A model generated the notes under the pieces. It did not search any database, was not told the DNA's origin, and saw only the letters and a program-made list of their open reading frames with translations. DNA of 25,986 bases, taken from positions 1-25,986 of the forward strand of contig JAVZCV010000017.1 in assembly GCA_038874215.1 (NCBI GenBank). Reading direction: 5' to 3'. This document shows, in pieces, positions 9,033-16,193 of this stretch (positions are counted from its first letter, which is position 1; each line of letters opens with the position of its first letter). The stretch comes from Candidatus Micrarchaeia archaeon. Its GTDB lineage: Archaea; Micrarchaeota; Micrarchaeia; Burarchaeales; JAVZCV01. The position numbers were made by a program, and so were the translations under genes.

Positions 9033-9100
9033 TCAGGACTCAAGATCTTCATCATCGCGCATTCGGGTGCGCTCGGTAGTACCTCAATCTCATCATCTGA
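9033..9100 (-). ncRNA. Box C/D guide sRNA; D guide predicted to direct Cm34 of tRNA-Leu(CAA)
   Basis: Minus strand reads box C AUGAUGA (9096-9090), 13-nt guide, D' CCGA (9076-9073), 5-bp hairpin GCGCA/UGCGC, C' AUGAUGA (9055-9049), 12-nt guide AGAUCUUGAGUC, box D CUGA (9036-9033). Wholly intergenic. Confidence 0.9.
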
Positions 9101-9145
9101 AAAATATAAAAGAAAAAAGGAATAAAAAGCAGCGGTAGGCTACCG
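9101..9145 (-). terminator. Small hairpin plus oligo(T) tract after the leuA operon, possibly doubling as the sRNA TATA element
   Basis: CGGTA/TACCG stem (9133-9145) followed on - by TTTTTATTCCTTTTTTCTTTTATATTTTT. TTTTTATT lies about 25 nt upstream of box C. Confidence 0.5.
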
Positions 9146-9147
9146 AA

Positions 9148-9459
9148 CTAACCGAAAATTGAGCCTATGCCGCTCTCGGCGGCGTTTTCCTCCTCTTCTA
9201 TCGCTCCTATGAGCTTCTCCGCCTTCTCGCCCGTTAATCTTACTGCAATATCACCCAGCTTCCCGTCTGCAAACTTGAAGAAAGCCTCGTCAGCCTTTAT
9301 GTAAAGGTAATATTTGTCAGCATCGCCGCCGATATGCTTGCCTTCCTTTAACTTATATCCCTGCCGTGAGAAGCTCACTGCATCATACGGGTTCTCCCCA
9401 AGTATGGCCTGCAGCTTCTTGTAGTTCTCCCTTGTACATTCGTATATCCTCGTTTCCAT
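9148..9459 (-). CDS. Small hypothetical protein with acidic C-terminal ...EEEENAAESGIGSIFG tail
   Basis: 103 aa from ATG 9459; its SD GAGGTGA overlaps the stop of the upstream gene, suggesting translational coupling. Confidence 0.85.
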   Translation of the reverse strand: METRIYECTRENYKKLQAILGENPYDAVSFSRQGYKLKEGKHIGGDADKYYLYIKADEAFFKFADGKLGDIAVRLTGEKAEKLIGAIEEEENAAESGIGSIFG

Positions 9460-9463
9460 AATC

Positions 9464-11038
9464 TCACCTCTTGGTTTCACCCTTGCTTTTCATCCTCTTT
9501 CTATAACTTATCGCCTCGTTTATCGCACGCAGGAGCGCATCAACAGAAGCCATCACTATATCATCATCAACTGCGTTCGCCTGAAATACATTCCTGCGCT
9601 CATCCTGTATCTTTATAGTTACATCTGCAAGCGCATCGGTTCCTCCCGTTATTGCACGGAGATTGTATTCCATCAATTTAACCTTCGTATCTGCTCCTAT
9701 TATTGCTTGTATCGCATTCGCCGCCGCATCAACAGGCCCAACTCCCTGCGATGCGCCCTTTATCGTCTCCCCCTCATACTTCAAAACAACAGATGCGGTT
9801 GGTGTTACCTTGTTCCCAGTTACAACCGTAACCTCATCAAGAACCACAAACGGCTCCCTTTTCCCATGTCCAAGCACATCCTCTGCTATCGCTATTATAT
9901 CTTCATCGTATATCCGCTTTTTCGCTTCTGCGGTCTCCTTTATCCTTCTCGTTATCTCCAAGAGCGTTTCGCCTTCAACTCGGTATCCCAAATCGCTAAG
10001 CGCCCTCTCTATTGAAGCCTTCCCAGAATGCTTCCCTATCACAATCCTCCTCTTCTGGCCGACATCCTCAGGCACAAGCGGCTCAAAAGTTTCGGCTTTT
10101 TTCAAAACAGCATGCGCATGTATTCCAGACTCGTGTGCGAACGCATTCTTTCCAACTATGGGATAAAAAGGTGGCAGTTGCACCTCTGAAAGCTGTTCAA
10201 CAAGAACTGATGTTTCCGTCAAGCATTTGCTCTTTACGTTCGTCTTAACTCCGTATAGCGCATGGAGGGACATGACAACCTGCTCAAGGCTCGCATTCCC
10301 AGCCCGCTCGCCCATGCCATTAACAGTCACATGGACGCCTCTCGCCCCTCCTTCAACCGCTGCAAGAGAATTTGCCACAGCAAGCCCAAAATCGTTGTGG
10401 CAGTGAATGTGTACGGGCACCTTTACCCTCTCTGTTATCCTTGATATCAAATGGCGTGTTGCAGGAGGGTTCAGCACACCTACTGTGTCTGGTATGTTTA
10501 TCGCATCTGCGCCCGCCTCTTCAACTCCCTTGCAGACTTTAACCAGATAATCAAAATCCGTGCGGGTTGCGTCCATCGGCGAAAAGAGGCACTCAAGCCC
10601 ATGCTCTTTCACATACGAAACAGAATTAACAGCAAGCTCGTAAACTTCAGACCTCGTTTTCTGTATCTGGTATTTCAGGTGAATATCCGAAGTTGAAACG
10701 AAAACATGCACCATGCTAACGCCTGCGTCTATGCATGCGTCCATGTCCTCACGAATAACTCTCGCAAGCCCGCTTATCTTCGCAGACAGCCCCATCCCCG
10801 CTATTTCCTTCACGGCCTCAAACTCGGGCTTTGTGTTTATCGGGAAGCCTGCTTCAATGTAATCTACACCAAGCTTGTCAAGCTGTCTTGCTATTCTTAG
10901 CTTCTCCTCTTTCTTGAACGAGACGCCTGGCGTCTGCTCACCGTCTCTGAGCGTGCAATCGTATATTGCAACACTTTTCGGCATTTTTTTAAAGGAGCCA
11001 CGCACTTCCTTGTTGTATTCCCCTACAAAAGCCCTCAA
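9464..11038 (-). CDS. leuA: 2-isopropylmalate synthase family (LeuA/CimA/AksA DRE-TIM enzyme) with C-terminal regulatory domain
   Basis: [39 protein letters not shown]; regulatory domain GVGPVDA...[11 protein letters not shown] start after AGGTGG. Exact substrate cannot be determined from sequence alone. Confidence 0.85.
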   Translation of the reverse strand: MRAFVGEYNKEVRGSFKKMPKSVAIYDCTLRDGEQTPGVSFKKEEKLRIARQLDKLGVDYIEAGFPINTKPEFEAVKEIAGMGLSAKISGLARVIREDMDACIDAGVSMVHVFVSTSDIHLKYQIQKTRSEVYELAVNSVSYVKEHGLECLFSPMDATRTDFDYLVKVCKGVEEAGADAINIPDTVGVLNPPATRHLISRITERVKVPVHIHCHNDFGLAVANSLAAVEGGARGVHVTVNGMGERAGNASLEQVVMSLHALYGVKTNVKSKCLTETSVLVEQLSEVQLPPFYPIVGKNAFAHESGIHAHAVLKKAETFEPLVPEDVGQKRRIVIGKHSGKASIERALSDLGYRVEGETLLEITRRIKETAEAKKRIYDEDIIAIAEDVLGHGKREPFVVLDEVTVVTGNKVTPTASVVLKYEGETIKGASQGVGPVDAAANAIQAIIGADTKVKLMEYNLRAITGGTDALADVTIKIQDERRNVFQANAVDDDIVMASVDALLRAINEAISYRKRMKSKGETKR

Positions 11039-11139
11039 AAAACCACCTTAGCAAGGCTATATTGTTGCCAAAGGTTTATATGAATTCCATTTGCCGACAT
11101 ATGCGGATATTAGAAAAAGCCAAAACTTGTTTTTAAGCA

Positions 11140-12903
11140 CTAACAAACTATCTTTGTTCCTGGATATTCCTTAGATTTGCTGAATAGTGCATAAGGATGG
11201 ACTACAGATACTGATGGAATTACTCCATCTGATAGTTCAAATAGTGAGCGCATAATCTGAACTGCCTTTGGCTCTATGACAGCCCTGCCGCCCGATTCTA
11301 CCACTCTCTTTACTTCGTTTTCCAGCTCCGAAATGCTCATTTGCGGCACAACACTTCCTCCTTCACTTTCCCCAAAATTTGCCACAATACCTCCCGTATC
11401 CTTAACATATACGAGCTCAACAGATGGTGTAAGAGCCGAACGAATAAAACTGCGAAGTCTCGTAGCATGTCTTTCAGCATCCTGCCTACCTTCTTTTATA
11501 GCAGAGAGGTATTCCTGCCTGAGTTGCATAAATTGTTTCCTTGCTTCTTCATTGCCTCTAACATGTTCCATAAATCTATTGTAAAGTATTTCTAACTCAG
11601 TTTCATTAACCCTCCCAATAGCGCGGAGTCTGTTCTCTAATGATGCCATTCTTGCCCGAAGGTTGCTATATCCGTTTTCCCTGTTTTCTTTCCTCAACTC
11701 ATCCTGTATCCATTTAATTTTAGTAAAAATCGTAAACCTTTCAGCCAATCTGTCTGAATGCTTGTCTTCCAATTCCGCAACACACGTCGCAATCTCTGCT
11801 GCAGTTATATCGCTACCGTTTGTGCCAAGCGTTACCAATCCCCTTCCATGCGCTACAAGAGGGCCCTTATCAGCAACATACGTCCCTATAAAGCCAGGTA
11901 TGACTACTATCTTTCCATGATTAAGAAGGGGTATTATGTGTGATCTAATCATTCTCCCTGTTTTCTCGTGGTCTATGTCTACCCCAAAGATAACGCGTTC
12001 TTGGCTTCCATCGCTTCTTTCCCTTACAGTGAAATCCTGCAATATTTCACCTTTGGCAGATACGACAACCTGCCCATTCAAAGTCACATTCCCCCTACTA
12101 TCAAGTTGCAGGAGTTCATCCTTACTTGCAGTCCATATAGGCCAACGCTCATCGCTAGGCCCTATATACTCAACGTTCCCAGGTTTTCCGCTACGAACCT
12201 CCAATTCTGCAGCGATTAAACGCACAGATTCGCGTTCTCCGCTTGCCAAAGTATCATCAAGATGCCTTACAAATTCACGTAATCTTTCTAATCTATCAAC
12301 AGGGTTGGTTGCATCTCTTAGATAGTCATGGATAGTTATCCCACGCCTTGTCAGCTCGTCCCACAACTCGCTCGTTTTTCTTCCTATTGCAGAAACAACT
12401 AAAACTATGCGAGCACCGCTTTTTGCTTCATCTATTATCTGTGGCATCATCTTTTCTGTAAGCTCTGGGAGGAGGGTTTTCCCACCGAGTTTTATTACTA
12501 CCGTCCTCCTTCCTAGGACACCCCTCAAAACTTGAAATCCCGTAGCCTCACTGCCACCAAAGCCAACGAGTTCGCTTACAAGATTCCTTAATTCTGCGTC
12601 TTGAATCCTACTACACATATTCCCAATTTTTGGGTCGTTTCTGCATCCCTCATCAACTTTTTTAACTATCGCCATAGCCAAGGTTATATCGCTAATGACC
12701 CGTCCTTGCCTTCCTGGTTCACCACGCAGAAGCGCATCCTTTATCATTTCTACTCCCCTATCAAATATCCTATATGTTACATACCCATTAACTCGGTCTA
12801 GCCTTCTGCGCGCGTATTCTATTATCCTCACGCCTAGCTCTAAAAGTTGCGCTATCCTTTGCTTTTGCACTCTATCATCTGTAGGGACCTTTATTCTTCG
12901 CAT
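11140..12903 (-). CDS. Divergent aspartokinase-like (amino-acid kinase family) protein with large insertions and no ACT domains
   Basis: VIKLGG, LVVSAIG, ASGERES, VVIPGFIG, VTLGTNGSDITAAEIA, YVKDTGGI and GGRAVIEPKAV match the order of aspartokinase catalytic motifs. SD GGTGG. Confidence 0.8.
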   Translation of the reverse strand: MRRIKVPTDDRVQKQRIAQLLELGVRIIEYARRRLDRVNGYVTYRIFDRGVEMIKDALLRGEPGRQGRVISDITLAMAIVKKVDEGCRNDPKIGNMCSRIQDAELRNLVSELVGFGGSEATGFQVLRGVLGRRTVVIKLGGKTLLPELTEKMMPQIIDEAKSGARIVLVVSAIGRKTSELWDELTRRGITIHDYLRDATNPVDRLERLREFVRHLDDTLASGERESVRLIAAELEVRSGKPGNVEYIGPSDERWPIWTASKDELLQLDSRGNVTLNGQVVVSAKGEILQDFTVRERSDGSQERVIFGVDIDHEKTGRMIRSHIIPLLNHGKIVVIPGFIGTYVADKGPLVAHGRGLVTLGTNGSDITAAEIATCVAELEDKHSDRLAERFTIFTKIKWIQDELRKENRENGYSNLRARMASLENRLRAIGRVNETELEILYNRFMEHVRGNEEARKQFMQLRQEYLSAIKEGRQDAERHATRLRSFIRSALTPSVELVYVKDTGGIVANFGESEGGSVVPQMSISELENEVKRVVESGGRAVIEPKAVQIMRSLFELSDGVIPSVSVVHPYALFSKSKEYPGTKIVC

Positions 12904-13031
12904 CTATCCACCAAAATCCGTTAATGAAGTAGATACCATACACCGATGTCTACACTATTTGCGCAAAATAGAAATATATACCTTACGCGCAACTTTTCAA
13001 ACTCCTTTTTTATACTACCTACCGCTCCACC

Positions 13032-13039
13032 TTTATATA
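13032..13039 (+). promoter_or_regulatory. TATA box upstream of tRNA-Thr
   Basis: TTTATATA ending 42 nt upstream of the mature 5' end, implying a leader of about 20 nt. Confidence 0.5.
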
Positions 13040-13081
13040 TTTTTTTGATTACAACCTAATGCCAGGGAGCGAGTTCCATAT

Positions 13082-13185
13082 GCCCCAGTAGCTCAGTGGT
13101 AGAGCGCTCGCCTTGTAAAGGTGAGAGCATTTTCTCCTAACCTCACGAAAGCGAGAAGTCGGGGGTTCAAGTCCCTCCTGGGGCT
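13082..13185 (+). tRNA. tRNA-Thr(UGU) with a 32-nt intron at 37/38 (13118-13149); CCA not encoded
   Basis: Acceptor GCCCCAG/CTGGGGC, D-arm GCTC/GAGC, anticodon stem CTCGC/GCGAG, anticodon TGT at 13114-13116, T-loop TTCAAGT, discriminator U. Bulge-helix-bulge-like junction. Confidence 0.95.
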
Positions 13186-13272
13186 TCCTCTCCAACACCA
13201 TCTCAACAAACAATCGGGGAGGGTCAGGAGGAACCTGAAACTGGGGAGGGTGGAACCCCTCCGCGGTTCGGC

Positions 13273-13308
13273 AGCGAGAAGTCGGGGGTTCAAGTCCCTC
13301 CTGGGGCT
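13273..13308 (+). repeat. Exact 36-bp direct repeat of the tRNA-Thr 3' exon (13150-13185)
   Basis: AGCGAGAAGTCGGGGGTTCAAGTCCCTCCTGGGGCT is identical at both places, with an 87-bp spacer between them. Confidence 0.97.
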
Positions 13309-13319
13309 AGTGGCCTATC

Positions 13320-13823
13320 CTATGCAATACGCTGAGGCCCTCCATTCCGCTGCGCTCTGCTATTTTGTCCCCTTCCACGTGAGACTACTCCGGTTTTTGA
13401 TAGTAACCGTCTAGCATTACTCAAACTCGGTCCTTCGTAGTTCTTATCTTCCACTTGTGCAGCTTTTGCATGTTTCAATAGAGCTATACTTCTTCTGTCT
13501 CTGGCATAATCAGCCGGTAGCTTTCCATCTCCATCCCTCACCATAGGATTCGCACCCGCCTCAACCAACATCCTCACAACCTCAGCATGCCCATTCTTAG
13601 CCGCCAAATGCAACGCCGTCCTCTCACATTCACCCCTCGCATTAACATCCACACCCGCCTCAATCAACATCCTCACAATCTCAACATTCCCTTTAATAGC
13701 CGCCCAATACAACACCGTATTTCCATATTCATCCCTCGCATTCGGATCTGCTCCTTTCCTAACAAGTTCCACTACTCTACCAACATTGCCATCTATAACA
13801 GCCTCAAATAACTCTTCCTTCAT
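13320..13823 (-). CDS. Ankyrin-repeat protein with basic low-complexity C-terminal tail
   Basis: GADPNARDEYGNTVLYWAA..GNVEIVRMLIEAGVDVNA..RTALHLAAKNGHAEVVRMLVEAGANP. SD-like GAGGGGA. Confidence 0.93.
   Translation of the reverse strand: MKEELFEAVIDGNVGRVVELVRKGADPNARDEYGNTVLYWAAIKGNVEIVRMLIEAGVDVNARGECERTALHLAAKNGHAEVVRMLVEAGANPMVRDGDGKLPADYARDRRSIALLKHAKAAQVEDKNYEGPSLSNARRLLSKTGVVSRGRGQNSRAQRNGGPQRIA
13552..13755. repeat. About 99-bp tandem DNA repeat encoding consecutive ankyrin units
   Basis: cacccgcctcaaccaacatcctcacaacctcagcat versus cacccgcctcaatcaacatcctcacaatctcaacat, 99 bp apart. Confidence 0.8.
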
Positions 13824-13919
13824 CCAATCGTCCCCTCACAAATTAGTAAAATTGGCAACATTTTTATGCACAAACTTGATTTGGCTGGAACTCCGCGTGT
13901 TATCATAGAAACACCTAAT

Positions 13920-14723
13920 TCAGTATCCTTCCGAGCCCATCCTATTCCATATGAAGTTAAATGCAATCACGCCAACAATCGGCGATATTATAGCGAAAAG
14001 AATTATGGCAAGCCAATGCAAAAACAAATGCGGAGAACTTCCCCCAAACCACAGGATGCGCATTAGAGTGACCCCATGATATACGGGGTTAAGAATCACC
14101 AACGGGTCGAGTATAGGCGGGATTATTGACTTTGGGTAGTGAAAGCATGATAGGAATACCCATCCCATCACAAAGTAATCAAAAAAAACGAGCGCATCCT
14201 CATTAGAAATTGCAAATACCCCCCTTACAAGCCCAAAACCCAGACAGCCACAGGCAATAAGGAACAAAATTAGCGTAACAAGAGCAACCGTAGCGGGAGA
14301 AACGGGGTGGAAGAGATAAGCAAGTAGAAAGATAAGCAGAACGCCCGAAAGAGAACGCACCATTTGAGCGGCGCCAACGCCAAAAATAATAGAAAACCTG
14401 CTCACGGGCGCTATCATCATGGCGTTTATTGTAAGCCACCACTTCTCAGCAAGAAACCTTAAGTGGAATGCATTCACGCTGGTATTGAAGACAGTATAGG
14501 TGAGCGCTCCGATAAGCAGAAATGCGGTGTAGTTGCCCCGCGTCACTTCCGAGACGTTTGAACCACCCGAAGAGAAAAATCCATGGTAGACCACAAAAAC
14601 GACAGCAAAACTCAATATCGGCGTTATGATGCTGCTGAGAAAAAACGAAACCTTGTACCTTAGGTCAAGTTTTATCTCTTTTTCAAATATCGCGAAAGTA
14701 TGCTTTGCCATCTGTGCCATCAT
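13920..14723 (-). CDS. ABC-2 type transporter permease
   Basis: About six TM segments; 'EKWWLTINAMMIAPVSR', 'LNPVYHGV'. Overlaps the ATPase stop. Confidence 0.9.
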   Translation of the reverse strand: MMAQMAKHTFAIFEKEIKLDLRYKVSFFLSSIITPILSFAVVFVVYHGFFSSGGSNVSEVTRGNYTAFLLIGALTYTVFNTSVNAFHLRFLAEKWWLTINAMMIAPVSRFSIIFGVGAAQMVRSLSGVLLIFLLAYLFHPVSPATVALVTLILFLIACGCLGFGLVRGVFAISNEDALVFFDYFVMGWVFLSCFHYPKSIIPPILDPLVILNPVYHGVTLMRILWFGGSSPHLFLHWLAIILFAIISPIVGVIAFNFIWNRMGSEGY

Positions 14724-15688
14724 AATCTTTCACCAGTTAGCTTCACAAAAACATCTTCAAGAGTGGGCTTATACTGTTCCAAGCTTTCAATATCATAATT
14801 CTTTATGATTTCCATAACATTCCGTACATGATTCCGCTCCCCCAAAACTATCTTTACTTTATTATCGCTGCTGCTAATCTCTCTCACGTAATCGTGTTTT
14901 TTAAGTTCTGCCACCATTTCCTCCCTTTTATTAGAGATTCTGACAAGAAGCGTCGGGGAGATCGCAACAAGTTTTTTGAGTTTATCAGGCGTGTCTATCG
15001 CAACAATTCTTCCTTTGTTCAGTATACAAATTCTATCGCAAAGCTCATCTGCCTCCACCATGTTGTGGGTGCATAGAATTATCGTTTTGCCTAGCTCTTT
15101 AATCCGCGAGCGTATATCTCTTGCGACGCACGGGTCAAGCCCAACGGTTGGTTCATCCAGTATTAGCACATCTGGGTCGTTTACCATTGCTCTCGCTATC
15201 GCAAGTTTGTATTTCATTCCTGTTGAATACCATTCTACATAAGAATTTATCCAATCTTCAAGCCCAAGCATCTTGACAAGTTTTTTTATTCTTTCTTCTG
15301 GCTTCCCCACATTGTACAAGGATGCAAAAAATTTAAGATTGTCATAACCTGTGATGCGGTGGTATATCATAGTGTAGCCCAGCATCAAGCCTATCCTTGC
15401 CCGTACTCCCCTATCCTCCATAGCGTTTTTGCCTTCAACAAGAGCAACTCCAGAACTCGGACGTATCATACCCGCTATTATTTTGATCAAGGTTGTTTTT
15501 CCTGCACCATTCGGACCAAGCAGACCAAATATCTCCCCATGCTTTACGTTGAAGCTTACATTCCGTAGTGCGTTAAACCTTTCGTATCTCGGCATTACAA
15601 AGTCCAAAACCTTGGAAGGCCCTCTTCTTGGCTTGCGGCGCGTGAACTCCCTTGTTACATTTATAACCTCAACAGCAAACCCGCTCAA
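14720..15688 (-). CDS. ABC transporter ATP-binding protein (DrrA/CcmA-like exporter)
   Basis: Walker A GPNGAGKTT, signature YSTGM, Walker B ILDEPTVGLD, H-loop THNM, C-terminal PTLEDVFVKLTG. Confidence 0.95.
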   Translation of the reverse strand: MSGFAVEVINVTREFTRRKPRRGPSKVLDFVMPRYERFNALRNVSFNVKHGEIFGLLGPNGAGKTTLIKIIAGMIRPSSGVALVEGKNAMEDRGVRARIGLMLGYTMIYHRITGYDNLKFFASLYNVGKPEERIKKLVKMLGLEDWINSYVEWYSTGMKYKLAIARAMVNDPDVLILDEPTVGLDPCVARDIRSRIKELGKTIILCTHNMVEADELCDRICILNKGRIVAIDTPDKLKKLVAISPTLLVRISNKREEMVAELKKHDYVREISSSDNKVKIVLGERNHVRNVMEIIKNYDIESLEQYKPTLEDVFVKLTGERL

Positions 15689-15691
15689 ACA

Positions 15692-16156
15692 TCACACCTT
15701 CCGAATATTAGCTATCAACGCTATCTCGTCGCAGTTTTGGAATTTGCTGCACCTTATGCATTCCGCCCATACTTTCATCGGAAGTTCCTCCTTCTTTATT
15801 CTTCTAAAGCCGAGCGCCTCAAAAAATTTCGGTACGTACGTAAGCGTAAAAACTTTCTTTATTCCCAACATTTTCGCTTCCTCTATGCATTTTTTAACAA
15901 GCGTGCTGCCGATACCCCTATTTTGGAACCTTCTCGCAACTGCAAGAGCGCGCACCTCTGCGAGGTCTCTCCAGTATATATGAAGAGAGCAGCAACCGAT
16001 TATTCTCCCGCGCATCGTCTTGCACACATAATACTCACGTATGCACTCGTATATTTCCGCCAGCGACCTCTGTATCAGCTTGTTCCTGCGTGCATAGTAA
16101 TTTATCAAATCCTGTATTTGCTCAGCGTCATCCAAACTCGCTTTTTCAAATTTCAT
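15692..16156 (-). CDS. argA: Short GNAT N-acetyltransferase, ArgA-like (amino-acid N-acetyltransferase)
   Basis: LAEVRALAV..QNRGIG, KVFTLTY..FF..LGF and LPMKVWAECIRC..F.NCDE pattern; adjacent to argD/argB. Confidence 0.75.
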   Translation of the reverse strand: MKFEKASLDDAEQIQDLINYYARRNKLIQRSLAEIYECIREYYVCKTMRGRIIGCCSLHIYWRDLAEVRALAVARRFQNRGIGSTLVKKCIEEAKMLGIKKVFTLTYVPKFFEALGFRRIKKEELPMKVWAECIRCSKFQNCDEIALIANIRKV

Positions 16157-16193
16157 AAAAAAATATCTCCCCGTAGATTTAAAGTTTTACTGG

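Noticed and set aside
9036-9048. tRNA-Leu gene fragment on the + strand (GGACTCAAGATCT)
   Set aside because: No D-arm, T-arm or acceptor stem; it is better explained as the antisense guide between C' and D boxes.
13186-13308. Second complete tRNA, SRP RNA, RNase P RNA or C/D RNA
   Set aside because: No 5' acceptor strand or D-arm, no SRP helix-8 or RNase P P4 consensus recognisable, and no box C.
13150-13308. CRISPR mini-array (36-bp repeats)
   Set aside because: Only two copies, the repeat is tRNA sequence, and the 87-bp spacer is too long; the Cas4-like gene is 5 kb away with no cas1/cas2.
13093-13414. ORFs 13121..13414 (+) and 13093..13293 (-) with repeated peptides
   Set aside because: They overlie the tRNA; the peptide repeats only reflect the exon duplication.
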